From the NCBI GenBank assembly GCA_045633245.1, contig JAZQYA010000001.1, positions 3,017-67,016 on the forward strand: 64,000 nucleotides of DNA. The letters are read 5' to 3'. Positions within the stretch are counted from its first letter, which is position 1. Every line of letters starts with the position of its first letter. Positions 10,133-20,854 of the stretch are shown one piece after another. The stretch is from Candidatus Onthoplasma sp. GTDB lineage: Bacteria; Bacillota; Clostridia; Christensenellales; UBA1242. The notes beneath the pieces were generated by a model, which worked only from the letters and a program-made list of their open reading frames with translations, had not been told where the DNA came from and did no database searches. Both the position numbers and the translations under genes were made by a program.

Positions 10133-10999
10133 ATGAAAATAGAAATTATATGTCCTCTTTACAATGCGGAAAATTATATATTAAAATTAAATCAATCAAT
10201 ACTTAACCAAAAAACAAATGATGAAGTCGTTGTTTCATATGTTTTAACAGAATCGAAAGATAACACCGAACAAATTTTAATTGATGAAAAGTTAAATTAC
10301 CATAAGATAAAAAAGGAAGAATTTTCTCATAGTTTAACAAGAGAATTTATGGCAATGAAAAGCGAGTCTGACATAATTGTGTTTATCTCTCAAGATATCG
10401 TTATTGAAAGAGAAGACTGGCTTGAAAATTTGGTTAAACCAATAAGAGAGGGTGAATGTTCTGCAAGTTTTTCAAGACAACTCACTAAATATGAAGGAAT
10501 TGAAAAATATATAAGAGAGAAAAATTACCCAGACCAATCATACATTCGCTCGAAAGATGATTTGGAAGAATTAGGAATGAAAGCGTTCTTTTTTTCAGAT
10601 GCATCTTCTGCAATAAAAACTGAAGTTTTTAGGTCGCTGAATGGGTATGATCATAAAAATTTGGTTATCAATGAGGATATGTATATAGCTTTTAAGTTGA
10701 TTTCTAATGGGCACAAAATCAAATATTGTGCAGATTCAGTTGTTATTCATTCTCATAAATTTAAACTAAAAGAATTGTACGATAGATACTACCTAACTGG
10801 AATATTTATGGCAGAAAATTCTTATTTGGATTGTTATGGGACGACCAAAACAGGTGGGGGCTTGGCAAAATATGTTTTAAAACGAGCACTAAAAGAATTC
10901 AATGTTAAGGCATTGTTTAGATTTGTTCCAGACATGGCGGCACGATGGTTTGGAATGAGAAATGGTAAAAAACATGGTTTAAAGAGGGTTGAAAAATGA
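10133..10999 (+). CDS. Glycosyltransferase family 2 (rhamnosyltransferase-like)
   Basis: Starts MKIEIICPLYNAENYI, with GGAG 5 nt upstream of ATG 10133. It has a DxD-type region (FISQDIV) and overlaps the next gene by 4 nt. Confidence 0.75.
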   Translation: MKIEIICPLYNAENYILKLNQSILNQKTNDEVVVSYVLTESKDNTEQILIDEKLNYHKIKKEEFSHSLTREFMAMKSESDIIVFISQDIVIEREDWLENLVKPIREGECSASFSRQLTKYEGIEKYIREKNYPDQSYIRSKDDLEELGMKAFFFSDASSAIKTEVFRSLNGYDHKNLVINEDMYIAFKLISNGHKIKYCADSVVIHSHKFKLKELYDRYYLTGIFMAENSYLDCYGTTKTGGGLAKYVLKRALKEFNVKALFRFVPDMAARWFGMRNGKKHGLKRVEK

Positions 11000-12204
11000 T
11001 TTACACAATTCTTATTTTGCTCGCAGCTTTGATTATAATCGATGTGGCTAAAAATAAAAAACTTTTATCTCCAGGAATTGTGTTTAATGGAATTTTTTTC
11101 ATTACACTTTTTCTTTATACATTTAGATTAAGCTATATTCAAAGAGTTTTAACAAATAAAACTCTTTTGTTGTTATTTTGTTGTGTTATTGCGTACAATA
11201 TTCCAGTTTTCATTTATTATTTTAGGAAAAAGCCTAAAAGAGATGTTGTGCAATCAAAAAAAGAATTTAAATTCGAAATTTCTAAAAGTGTAGAATTTGT
11301 AATGTTTTTGATTGTGTTGGCTATATTTTTGATTGAAGTTATAGTTGAAAATGGGTTCCCTCTTTTGTGGAAATTGGCAAATACAAACCAGACCTATGTT
11401 GAGTTCGGAATACCAATTATCCATGGCGCATTATGCGCAATTATAACGTTGATGGGATCATATTGTATTTTTAAACCTAAAAATTATTATAAATACTTTT
11501 ACTTGCTTTTGCCTATTTTGATAATTTCAAGACAGTTACTTATTTCAATAGCAATTCAGGGGGTTATCCTGTTTTTACTTGATACAAAAAAATTAACCAA
11601 AAAGCATATTGTTTTTCTTGTTGTTTTATTGATTGTTGGTATTGCCGGGTTCGCAATAATTGGAAATATTCGTACTGGTGAAGGGGAATTTATGAAGGTT
11701 GCCCAAATTAAGGATCAATTCCAATGGGTTCCGTCTAGTTTTTTATGGATCTATTCATATATTTGTTTTTCTTTGTCCAATTTAAATAATTTGGTTGGTA
11801 TAACAAATGGATTCACAACTTACGGACTTTCTTCTTTGTTTGAAGTTGTTCCAAGTAGTTTAAAAGGTCTTTTCCCGACAATTGATGAATTTTCATATTT
11901 GATTTCACCATATTTTAGTGTTAGCACATTTGCGCCATCGTTATATCTCGATTTTGGATTTATTGGTGTTTCATTATTCTGTTTGTTGATTGGTTTTTTG
12001 GCAGTATTTATATATCATCGAATTGAAAAAGGGTTGTTTAAGATGCTTTATATGGTGTTCTTGCACAATATTATATTTTTATTCTTTGTTAATTTTTTCT
12101 TTAGAATTTCAATACTTGCAGAAATAGTAATGATACTGCTTATATGCTTGCTAGAAAATAAAAAAGATGCTATAATATGTAAAACTCAAAAAAAGGAGAA
12201 ATGA
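10996..12204 (+). CDS. Oligosaccharide repeat-unit polymerase (Wzy-like) membrane protein
   Basis: 402-aa highly hydrophobic ORF, translationally coupled inside the glycan locus. Confidence 0.55.
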   Translation: MIYTILILLAALIIIDVAKNKKLLSPGIVFNGIFFITLFLYTFRLSYIQRVLTNKTLLLLFCCVIAYNIPVFIYYFRKKPKRDVVQSKKEFKFEISKSVEFVMFLIVLAIFLIEVIVENGFPLLWKLANTNQTYVEFGIPIIHGALCAIITLMGSYCIFKPKNYYKYFYLLLPILIISRQLLISIAIQGVILFLLDTKKLTKKHIVFLVVLLIVGIAGFAIIGNIRTGEGEFMKVAQIKDQFQWVPSSFLWIYSYICFSLSNLNNLVGITNGFTTYGLSSLFEVVPSSLKGLFPTIDEFSYLISPYFSVSTFAPSLYLDFGFIGVSLFCLLIGFLAVFIYHRIEKGLFKMLYMVFLHNIIFLFFVNFFFRISILAEIVMILLICLLENKKDAIICKTQKKEK

Positions 12205-12206
12205 TT

Positions 12207-13103
12207 ATGAAAGGTATTATTTTGGCAGGTGGTAGTGGAACACGTTTATATCCACTTACTATGGTAACTAGTAAACAATTGTTACCAATTTACGACAAAC
12301 CAATGATTTATTATCCATTATCAGTTTTGATGATGGCTGGAGTTAGAGAAATCTTAATCATCTCAACCCCAGAGGACACTCCAAGATTTGCTCAACTTTT
12401 GGGCGACGGAAGTGAATTTGGTGTGGACTTAACTTATAAAGTTCAACCATCTCCAGACGGTCTTGCTCAAGCATTTATGATTGGTGAAGATTTCATTGGT
12501 GATGATTGTGCTTGTATGATTTTGGGAGATAACATCTTCTATGGTTCAGGTTTAAAACGTGGTTTAAGACGTGCGATGGACAATGCAAAGAAAGGTATTG
12601 CAACAGTTTTCGGTTACCATGTTCCAGATCCGGAAAGATTTGGTGTTGTTGAATTTGATGAAAACAAAAAAGCAATATCAATTGAAGAAAAACCAGAACA
12701 ACCAAAGTCAAATTATGCGGTAACAGGTTTATATTTTTACGATAATAGTGTTGTTAAGAATGCAAAAAGTTTAAAGCCTTCAAAAAGAGGTGAGTTGGAA
12801 ATTACAGATCTTAACAGAATTTATTTAGAACAAAACAAACTCGACGTTGTAACATTCAGTCGTGGAATGACTTGGTTGGACACAGGGACACATGAATCTT
12901 TAGCCGAAGCAACCGACTTTGTTAAAATGGTTGAAGAACACCAAGGTCTTAAAATTAGCTGTCCGGAAGAAATTGCTTACAATAATGGCTGGATAAGCAA
13001 AGAACAATTATTAAAACGTGCCGAAATGATGAAGAAAAATCAATATGGTCAACATTTGTTTAAAGTTGCAAACCAAGGAATTATTGAAAGGGAGCTTGTT
13101 TAA
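12207..13103 (+). CDS. rfbA: Glucose-1-phosphate thymidylyltransferase
   Basis: Begins [18 protein letters not shown] and shows RmlA-like sequence throughout. AGGAG lies upstream; the start could be 12201 or 12207. Confidence 0.95.
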   Translation: MKGIILAGGSGTRLYPLTMVTSKQLLPIYDKPMIYYPLSVLMMAGVREILIISTPEDTPRFAQLLGDGSEFGVDLTYKVQPSPDGLAQAFMIGEDFIGDDCACMILGDNIFYGSGLKRGLRRAMDNAKKGIATVFGYHVPDPERFGVVEFDENKKAISIEEKPEQPKSNYAVTGLYFYDNSVVKNAKSLKPSKRGELEITDLNRIYLEQNKLDVVTFSRGMTWLDTGTHESLAEATDFVKMVEEHQGLKISCPEEIAYNNGWISKEQLLKRAEMMKKNQYGQHLFKVANQGIIERELV

Positions 13104-13651
13104 TGAAAGTTGAGACAACAGAACTTAAGGACGCATACATAATCACTCCGGATGTTTTTGGTGATAGTCGTGGTTGGTTTATGGAGACATATTCAAAAAC
13201 CAAATTGCAAGATGTGACGGGAATTGAGTTTGTTCAAGACAATCAATCATATTCTTCTCAAAAGGGGATTCTACGCGGGCTTCATTGCCAAACGAATCCC
13301 CATTGTCAAACAAAGTTAATACGCTGTACTCGTGGCGAAATTTATGATGTTATTGTGGACATAAGAAAAGGTTCACCAACCTATAAAAAATGGATTAAAA
13401 TTTTGCTTACTGCAGAAAACAAAAAACAACTTTTCATTCCAAAAGGGTTTTTGCATGGTTTTGTAACTTTAACTGATGATGTTGAAGTTCAATATAAGGT
13501 TGATGATTATTACTCAAAACCAAATGATAGATCAGTAAAATTTAACGATCCTGAATTCGGTGTTGATTGGGGAATTGAAAATCCAATTCTTTCAGAAAAA
13601 GATAAAAACGCTCCACTGTTTAAAGATAGTGATTGCGATTTTACATACTAG
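13103..13651 (+). CDS. rfbC: dTDP-4-dehydrorhamnose 3,5-epimerase
   Basis: 182 aa with RmlC motifs (FGDSRGWFMETY, RGLHCQ, VDDYYSKPNDRSVKFNDP). Confidence 0.95.
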   Translation: MKVETTELKDAYIITPDVFGDSRGWFMETYSKTKLQDVTGIEFVQDNQSYSSQKGILRGLHCQTNPHCQTKLIRCTRGEIYDVIVDIRKGSPTYKKWIKILLTAENKKQLFIPKGFLHGFVTLTDDVEVQYKVDDYYSKPNDRSVKFNDPEFGVDWGIENPILSEKDKNAPLFKDSDCDFTY

Positions 13652-13659
13652 GAGAAAAA

Positions 13660-14520
13660 ATGAAGATATTAGTGACAGGAGTTGCTGGACAATTAGGATA
13701 TGACATCTGTAGGGAATTAAAAGAACGTGGCTATATTGATGTTCTAGGAATTGATCGAGAAGAGTTGGATATAACCGACAATCAAGCTGTGGAAAAGTTT
13801 ATTTTGGATTATAAGCCTGATGTGGTTATGCACAATGCAGCGTGGACGGCTGTGGATAAGGCAGAAGACATGGAAGAAGTTTGTTACAATGTAAACGTTT
13901 TGGGAACGAAATATATTGCAGAAGCTACGCAAAAAGTTGGAGCAAAGTTTGTTTATATTTCAACGGATTATGTGTTTAACGGAGAAGGTGAAAACTTCTT
14001 TGAAGTTAATGACAAAAAAACGCCGCTTTCTGTTTATGGAAAAACCAAATACCAAGGCGAAATTGAAGCGCAAAAATGTAAAAAACACTTTATTGTTAGA
14101 ATTTCTTGGGTGTTTGGTGTTAATGGAAATAATTTTGTTAAAACAATGTTGAAGATTGCAGAAACAAAAACCGAATTAAATGTTGTGTGCGATCAAATTG
14201 GTTCACCAACGTATACATATGATTTATCAAAGTTGTTGTGTGATATGATTGAAACGGAGAAATATGGTGTGTATCATGCAACAAATGAAGGAGTTTGTTC
14301 CTGGTATGAATTTGCCAAAGCCATATTTGAAGTTGCAGGAATTGATATGAAAGTTAATCCAGTAACAACGGCAGAATATGGAGTGTCTAAAGCAAAACGT
14401 CCTTTAAATTCTAGGTTGTCTAAAAAATCTTTAGACTGTGCTGGATTTAATCGTCTTCCAAACTGGCGGGACGCATTAAATAGATATATAAAAAATGAGC
14501 TTATAAAAATAAGGATATAA
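13660..14520 (+). CDS. rfbD: dTDP-4-dehydrorhamnose reductase
   Basis: Begins MKILVTGVAGQLG. The motifs YISTDYVFNG and YGKTKYQGE match RmlD. GGAG lies upstream of ATG 13660. Confidence 0.93.
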   Translation: MKILVTGVAGQLGYDICRELKERGYIDVLGIDREELDITDNQAVEKFILDYKPDVVMHNAAWTAVDKAEDMEEVCYNVNVLGTKYIAEATQKVGAKFVYISTDYVFNGEGENFFEVNDKKTPLSVYGKTKYQGEIEAQKCKKHFIVRISWVFGVNGNNFVKTMLKIAETKTELNVVCDQIGSPTYTYDLSKLLCDMIETEKYGVYHATNEGVCSWYEFAKAIFEVAGIDMKVNPVTTAEYGVSKAKRPLNSRLSKKSLDCAGFNRLPNWRDALNRYIKNELIKIRI

Positions 14521-14523
14521 CAA

Positions 14524-15420
14524 ATGAATAACAAACCTAAAATTGCCGTTATCATGTCTACTTATAATGGCGAAAAATATTTAAAAGAACAGCTTAATAG
14601 TGTTTTAGCCCAAACGAATGTGGATTTGGATTTATTTGTTTTTGACGATTGTTCTACTGATCAAACAGTAAATATTATTGAGAGTTTTCAACAAAAGCAC
14701 AAAAATATTTATTTAAAAATTAATGAGAAAAACAAAAATTTTACTTATAATTTTCTAGATGGGTTATTTAGTTTTAAAGATAATCAAGATTATGAATATT
14801 ATGCTTTTGCCGACCAAGATGATTACTGGTTGCAAAATAAACTTGAAGTGGCTATTGATAAAATAAAACAAACAGATGGTTGCACACTGTATTGTTCAAA
14901 TTTAAAAGTTGTTGATGAAAATTTAATTTATGCAAACAACAACATGCTGCCCAAAAACTACAAAAACAACCATTATGATGTGCTGTGCAAAAATATTGTT
15001 ACAGGTTGTACGATTGTTATGGACAATAAATTTAAAGATTTTGCAACAAAGCATTATCCTCAAGATATTTATCTTCATGATCATTGGCTTGCTGCAATTG
15101 CAAATTATTGCAAGGACACAAATTTTGTTTATGATGAAAATCCAGATAAAATTTTATATAGACAACACAACACAAATTTAATTGGTAGTAATAAGAAAGT
15201 TTTAAAGAAATTAAAAAAGAAGACATTTCAAAAAAGTTCATTTAATTTAATGAAACAATTTTATGAATTATATAAAAATCACATATTGGAAGATGATTTG
15301 ATTGTGTTTAAAAAGATAAGCAAAATAAACAAATTAAAAAATAAATTGTATTTGTTTTTTAAAATTAAAAGCAATTTTTCGCTTGTGTTTAAAATTAAAT
15401 TGTTGTTGAATAATTATTAG
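14524..15420 (+). CDS. Glycosyltransferase family 2 (paralog A)
   Basis: Contains AVIMSTYNGEKYLKEQLNSVLAQT and FADQDDYW. Clearly paralogous to 16428..17342. Confidence 0.8.
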   Translation: MNNKPKIAVIMSTYNGEKYLKEQLNSVLAQTNVDLDLFVFDDCSTDQTVNIIESFQQKHKNIYLKINEKNKNFTYNFLDGLFSFKDNQDYEYYAFADQDDYWLQNKLEVAIDKIKQTDGCTLYCSNLKVVDENLIYANNNMLPKNYKNNHYDVLCKNIVTGCTIVMDNKFKDFATKHYPQDIYLHDHWLAAIANYCKDTNFVYDENPDKILYRQHNTNLIGSNKKVLKKLKKKTFQKSSFNLMKQFYELYKNHILEDDLIVFKKISKINKLKNKLYLFFKIKSNFSLVFKIKLLLNNY

Positions 15421-15429
15421 GAGGCTTTT

Positions 15430-16422
15430 TTGAAAGATTTAATTAGTGTGATAGTCCCTGTTTATAACATGGAAAAATATCTAGATAGGTGTGTGGAAAG
15501 TTTAATAAATCAAACTCATAAAAATTTGGAAATAATTTTGATAGATGATGGAAGCAGAGATTCTTCTCCACAACTGTGTGATGATTGGGCAAGTAAAGAT
15601 AATAGAGTTAAAGTTATACATAAGCAAAACGCTGGTGTTTCTAGCGCGAGAAACGATGGTATTGCTGTTGCAAATGGTGATTTCATTGCTTTTATTGACT
15701 CAGATGATTGGATTGATGAAACAATGTATGAAAAAATGATTCAAAAACAGAAAGAGCTTGATTATGATATTGTGTTTGCCGGTTATAAATTGGCTTATGA
15801 TGAAGCGTCATATAATGTTGTTGAAAAGAGTTTACCACAATTTTGTGAAAGTAAAGATATTAAATATTTATTACGTCATGAAAATTTAAGGTTTGAAAAT
15901 AATGTTTATTCAACTGAAAATAATGTAAATTGTTACACTGTTAGAATATTATATCGCAAAAAATCTATTGGTAATTTAAAATTTCAAGAAAATTTAAATT
16001 ATATGGAAGATGTTAGATTTTTAGTTGAGTTGTTTTTAAATAAAAGTTTAAAGATCGGACTTGTTGAAGAGTGTTTGTATAATTATTATATCAGGCAATC
16101 GTCTTTAAGTCATGGAAAAATTAATGATCTTCAAGGAAAGTCAACAAGGTTTGTTGAAAGTCTTACACCTGTTTTAGAAAAAACAGAACATACCAACTTG
16201 ATAAATGCGGAAAAATTTTATGCTTACTATATGTGTGTTGCAAACAAACTCAAATCAAATTCAGATGATAATATAGACATCGTAAAAACGTGGAACACAA
16301 AAGAAAATTATAAAGCGCATAAAACACTTTGCAATGGATTTGCATCAAAGATGAAAGCCTTTTTGATTCATTATAAACTAACTTTTGTTTTGAAAGTTTT
16401 GCTAAAACTTAAAAAGAGGTAA
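15430..16422 (+). CDS. Glycosyltransferase family 2
   Basis: TTG start, with AGGAGG 6 nt upstream. GT2 motifs SVIVPVYNMEKYLDRCVESLINQT, IDDGSRDSS and DSDDW are present. Confidence 0.85.
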   Translation: MKDLISVIVPVYNMEKYLDRCVESLINQTHKNLEIILIDDGSRDSSPQLCDDWASKDNRVKVIHKQNAGVSSARNDGIAVANGDFIAFIDSDDWIDETMYEKMIQKQKELDYDIVFAGYKLAYDEASYNVVEKSLPQFCESKDIKYLLRHENLRFENNVYSTENNVNCYTVRILYRKKSIGNLKFQENLNYMEDVRFLVELFLNKSLKIGLVEECLYNYYIRQSSLSHGKINDLQGKSTRFVESLTPVLEKTEHTNLINAEKFYAYYMCVANKLKSNSDDNIDIVKTWNTKENYKAHKTLCNGFASKMKAFLIHYKLTFVLKVLLKLKKR

Positions 16423-16427
16423 TGAGT

Positions 16428-17342
16428 ATGAAAAAATTTAAAGTTGCAGTTATTATGTCCACATATAATGGTGAAAAATTCTTAAAAGAACAACTTGATA
16501 GCATTTTGTCGCAAAAAGATGTGGAAGTTGATATTTATATTTTTGATGATTGTTCCAAAGATAGAACAGTTGAAATAGCCAGGGATTATGAAAAAAACAA
16601 CAAAAATATTCATTTAAATATAAATGAAAAAAATAAAAACTATACTTATAACTTCATTGATGGATTATTTACTTTTAAAAATAAAAGTGATTATGATTAT
16701 TACGCTTTTGCAGATCAAGACGATGTGTGGGTGGAAGATAAATTAATAACCGCAATCAATGCTATAAACCAAAAAGGCAAATGTACACTTTATTCATCAG
16801 ACTTAACTGTTGTTGATGAAAATTTGAATTCTATGGGAAGAACTCTAAGGGGACCAGATTTTGCTTTTGAATGGCATGATCAACTTTGTTTTTGTATGGT
16901 TACTGGATGTACGGCTGTTTTCGATAAGGAGTTTAAGGATTTGGTAACACAACATTATCCTGAAAATTTGTTATATCATGATTATTGGATTGGACTGATT
17001 GCAAATTATTGCAAAGATGCTAATTACATATTTGATAAGGATGCCAGCCATATTCTTTATAGGCAACATGGTAAAAATGCCTCTGGTGGTGCAATAACAT
17101 GGGGGTTCTTTGATAGGCTTTTGGGAATGTTTAAAGGTTATGAACAAAATTTCCATATATTAAGGTTATTGCTTAAATATTATGGTGATAAATTAAATTC
17201 CGACGATAAAGAATTAATTGAGAAATTTATCAACTATAAAAAATGGAAAAATAAAAAATATGTTTTAAAACATTTTAAAACAACTAAACCAAGCAAATTC
17301 AAATTTAAAATTTTATTTAATAGATATATTGAAAAAAAATAG
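16428..17342 (+). CDS. Glycosyltransferase family 2 (paralog B)
   Basis: Contains VAVIMSTYNGEKFLKEQLDSILSQ and FADQDDVW. The start is ATG 16428 (better RBS spacing) or 16422 (a TAATG overlap with the upstream stop). Confidence 0.8.
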   Translation: MKKFKVAVIMSTYNGEKFLKEQLDSILSQKDVEVDIYIFDDCSKDRTVEIARDYEKNNKNIHLNINEKNKNYTYNFIDGLFTFKNKSDYDYYAFADQDDVWVEDKLITAINAINQKGKCTLYSSDLTVVDENLNSMGRTLRGPDFAFEWHDQLCFCMVTGCTAVFDKEFKDLVTQHYPENLLYHDYWIGLIANYCKDANYIFDKDASHILYRQHGKNASGGAITWGFFDRLLGMFKGYEQNFHILRLLLKYYGDKLNSDDKELIEKFINYKKWKNKKYVLKHFKTTKPSKFKFKILFNRYIEKK

Positions 17343-17352
17343 GAGGAAATTT

Positions 17353-18369
17353 ATGAAAATTTTAATCACTGGTGGGGCAGGATTTATTGGTGGAAACTTC
17401 TGTCACTATATGTTAGAAAAACACCCAGAAGATAGTTATGTGTGTTTAGATGCATTAACTTACGCTGGAAATATGGAAACTTTGGCTGACATTTTGGACA
17501 AGCCAAACTTTAAATTTGTTAAAGGAAACATTTGTGATAAGGCTCTTATCGAAAAACTTTTTGAAGAAGAAAAATTTGATGTTGTTATTAACTTTGCAGC
17601 AGAATCTCATGTTGATAGATCAATTGAAAATCCAAAGATTTTCTTAGAATCAAACATTATTGGTGTTCAAACTCTTATGGACGCTTGTAGAAAATATGGC
17701 ATCAAACGTTATCATCAAGTTTCAACAGATGAAGTTTATGGTGATCTTCCACTTGATAGACCAGATTTATTCTTTACTGAAGACACTCCAATTCACACTT
17801 CAAGCCCATACAGTGCTTCAAAAGCATCTGCAGATTTACTTGTTATGGCATATCACAGAACATTCAAATTGCCGGTTACTATTTCAAGATGTTCAAACAA
17901 CTATGGTGCTTATCAATTCCCAGAGAAATTGATTCCATTGATTATCAAAAAAGCGCAAAACAATGAAAAACTTCCTGTTTATGGAAAAGGTGAAAACGTT
18001 AGAGATTGGTTGCACGTTTTAGATCACTGTTCTGCAATTGATTTAATTGTTAGAAATGGTAAAGATGGTGAAGTTTATAATGTTGGTGGTCACAACGAAA
18101 GAACAAATTTAGAAGTTGTTAAAACAATTTTGAAAGTTTTAAATAAACCAGAAAGTTTAATTACATTTGTAACAGACAGACCAGGTCATGACAGACGTTA
18201 TGCAATCGATCCAACAAAAATGGAAAAAGAACTCGGTTGGAAACCAGTTTACACATTTGATACAGGTATTGTGGAAACAATCAAATGGAATGTGGAAAAC
18301 AAAGAATGGTTGGCTCACGTTGAATCAGGCGAATATCAAGATTGGTTGGAAAGACAATACAATAAATAA
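17353..18369 (+). CDS. rfbB: dTDP-glucose 4,6-dehydratase
   Basis: Begins MKILITGGAGFIGGNF. The motifs YSASKASADLL and DRPGHDRRYAID match RmlB. AGGAGG lies upstream of ATG 17353. Confidence 0.95.
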   Translation: MKILITGGAGFIGGNFCHYMLEKHPEDSYVCLDALTYAGNMETLADILDKPNFKFVKGNICDKALIEKLFEEEKFDVVINFAAESHVDRSIENPKIFLESNIIGVQTLMDACRKYGIKRYHQVSTDEVYGDLPLDRPDLFFTEDTPIHTSSPYSASKASADLLVMAYHRTFKLPVTISRCSNNYGAYQFPEKLIPLIIKKAQNNEKLPVYGKGENVRDWLHVLDHCSAIDLIVRNGKDGEVYNVGGHNERTNLEVVKTILKVLNKPESLITFVTDRPGHDRRYAIDPTKMEKELGWKPVYTFDTGIVETIKWNVENKEWLAHVESGEYQDWLERQYNK

Positions 18370-18378
18370 AGGATAAAA

Positions 18379-19383
18379 ATGGAAGAGATTAAGGTTAGTG
18401 TATTATGTACGGCATATAATCATGAAAAATTTCTTAGAAAATGCTTGAATGGTTTTGTTATGCAAAAAACAAATTTCAAATTTGAGATTATTGTGCATGA
18501 TGATGCTTCAACTGATGGGACAAAAGCAATAATTGAAGAATACATGCAAAAATATCCAAATTTAATTGTTCCAATTTTTCAAACTGAAAACAAATACTCA
18601 AAGGGCATTTTAATTGTTGATGATATAATGCTTCCCATTGCCAAAGGCAAATATATTGCAGTTTGTGAAGGTGATGATTACTGGTGTAACGAAAATAAGT
18701 TGCAACTCCAATATGATTTCCTTGAAAATCATCCAGAATGTTCAGCATGTTTTACTAACACCATTTTTCACGATATGAGAAATATCGATAAAGATAGGAC
18801 CTATAACAATTGGAAAGATATTCATTTTCTAACTCCTCTCGAGGCGATAAATCCTGGGATTGTGCATACTTCAACTCATTTTGCCAAAAAAGAATGTGCG
18901 AAAGCCGTTGATTTTGGTCGTAAATATTCTTTTGGTGATTTAGTTAAGCAAACAACTTATTATCTATATGGAGAAATGGCTGTATTGCCTGAAACAACGT
19001 CTGTTTATAATGCATTTAATCCAACTGGTGTAACAAATGAGGTGTTTGGATGTAAGGATGCGGAATATATTATAAGTCGCATTATGGAAATCAAAGATTA
19101 TTTAAACGACTATAACGCGCATACCAATTTAAAATATGATTATGAAATTCATTATTTATATGGAACTCAAATTATTGGGGCGTATAATTATGCAATTGAG
19201 AGAGTAACCGACTATAAAGAAAAAAAGAAATTATTTAAGAAATTAAAAAAAGAACCTGATTATATATGGTATAGAAAAAATATTAAAGGAATAACAAAGT
19301 TAAAGGAAATAATAAGAGCTTCAATTCCTCTATTTGTTTATGAAATATTAAGGAAAATAAAAAGACGTGGTAAAAAGTTATAA
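18379..19383 (+). CDS. Glycosyltransferase family 2
   Basis: Contains VSVLCTAYNHEKFLRKCLNGFVMQ, IVHDDASTDGT and EGDDYW. Confidence 0.8.
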   Translation: MEEIKVSVLCTAYNHEKFLRKCLNGFVMQKTNFKFEIIVHDDASTDGTKAIIEEYMQKYPNLIVPIFQTENKYSKGILIVDDIMLPIAKGKYIAVCEGDDYWCNENKLQLQYDFLENHPECSACFTNTIFHDMRNIDKDRTYNNWKDIHFLTPLEAINPGIVHTSTHFAKKECAKAVDFGRKYSFGDLVKQTTYYLYGEMAVLPETTSVYNAFNPTGVTNEVFGCKDAEYIISRIMEIKDYLNDYNAHTNLKYDYEIHYLYGTQIIGAYNYAIERVTDYKEKKKLFKKLKKEPDYIWYRKNIKGITKLKEIIRASIPLFVYEILRKIKRRGKKL

Positions 19384-20854
19384 AACAAAAGTTTTTTCAA
19401 ATTTAGCATGGCGGCTAGCAGAACGATACGGAGCACAAATTGTGCAATTTATAGTATCGATAGTGCTAGCCCGTATTTTGCTGCCTGAAGTTTATGGAAC
19501 AGTTGCTTTAGTTACAATTTTTATAACCATTTTGCAAGTGTTTATTGATAGTGGTTTTGGAAGTGCACTAATTCAAAAGCAAGATGCTGATGATTTGGAT
19601 TTCTCCACGGTTTTTTATTTTAATGTTGTGCTTTGCGGTGTTTTATATTTAGGAATTTTCTTCCTTGCACCTGTTATTGCAAATTTTTATAATAACGATT
19701 TATTAACACCAATTATTAGGGTTTTATCACTTTCAATTGTTTTTTCAAGTTTAAAGAATGTTCAACAAGCGTATGTTTCAAGAAATCTGCAGTTTAAAAA
19801 ATTCTTTTTTGCAACGTTGTTTGGAACAATTGTCTCTGCTGTTGTTGGAATTTTGATGGCTAAAAATGGTTATGGTGTTTGGGCGATTGTGGCACAAAAT
19901 TTAACAAATTTAGCGTTAGATACACTGATCTTATGGATAACAGTTAAATGGCGACCAAAGTTAATGTTTAGTTTTACCAGATTAAAATCGTTATTTAGTT
20001 TTGGTTGGAAATTGTTGGTTTCCACATTAATTGACACTCTATACAATAACTTGAGACAACTTTTAATTGGTAAAAAATATTCGGCAACGGATCTTGCTTA
20101 TTACAATAAGGCTGAACAATTTCCGAGAATTGTTGCCACAGGAATTAATAGTTCAATAGATAGTGTGTTGTTTCCTGTTTTATCTAAAGAACAGGAAGAT
20201 AAGAATCGAGTTAAAGCAATGACTGCACGTAGTATAAAAACAACAAGTTTTTTAATTGCACCAATCATGATTGGACTTGCTGCAACAGCACCGGCGGTTA
20301 TCAAATTAATTTTGACAGATAAATGGATTTTTGCTGTGCCATTTTTACAAATTTTTTGTTTGGATTACATGTTTTTCCCAATTCATACCGCCAATTTATC
20401 AGCGCTTAGAGCTATTGGAAGAAGTGATTTGTTTTTAAAGATTGAAATAATTAAGAAAGTCGTTGGTGTGACAATTTTATTCATAACTATGTGGTTTGGT
20501 GTTTATGCAATTGCCTGGGGATTATTTATAACATCAATTATTGCCACATTTATCAATTCTTATCCTAATAGAAAATTGTTGGGATATAGTTATTTTCAAC
20601 AAATGAAAGACATTTTACCAAACATTTTATCTGCTTTGTTTATGGGAGTATGTGTTTGGTTGGTCGGACTTTTATCAATTAATTACATCGCATTATTGTT
20701 TATTCAAATTGCGGTTGGTGTTGTTATATATGCATTGGTTTCAATTATTTTTAAAAACGAAACCTTTATTTATCTTTTTGATATCTTAAAAGGATTTTTA
20801 AAGAAACGCAAAAACAAAACTGGAGAAGAAAATGAAACAAATATTAGTGACTAA
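19367..20854 (+). CDS. wzx: Polysaccharide flippase (Wzx, MOP/PST superfamily)
   Basis: 495-aa ORF with about 12-14 TM segments and a Wzx-like N-terminus (NLAWRLAERYGAQ). GTG start, overlapping the previous gene. Confidence 0.8.
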   Translation: MVKSYKTKVFSNLAWRLAERYGAQIVQFIVSIVLARILLPEVYGTVALVTIFITILQVFIDSGFGSALIQKQDADDLDFSTVFYFNVVLCGVLYLGIFFLAPVIANFYNNDLLTPIIRVLSLSIVFSSLKNVQQAYVSRNLQFKKFFFATLFGTIVSAVVGILMAKNGYGVWAIVAQNLTNLALDTLILWITVKWRPKLMFSFTRLKSLFSFGWKLLVSTLIDTLYNNLRQLLIGKKYSATDLAYYNKAEQFPRIVATGINSSIDSVLFPVLSKEQEDKNRVKAMTARSIKTTSFLIAPIMIGLAATAPAVIKLILTDKWIFAVPFLQIFCLDYMFFPIHTANLSALRAIGRSDLFLKIEIIKKVVGVTILFITMWFGVYAIAWGLFITSIIATFINSYPNRKLLGYSYFQQMKDILPNILSALFMGVCVWLVGLLSINYIALLFIQIAVGVVIYALVSIIFKNETFIYLFDILKGFLKKRKNKTGEENETNISD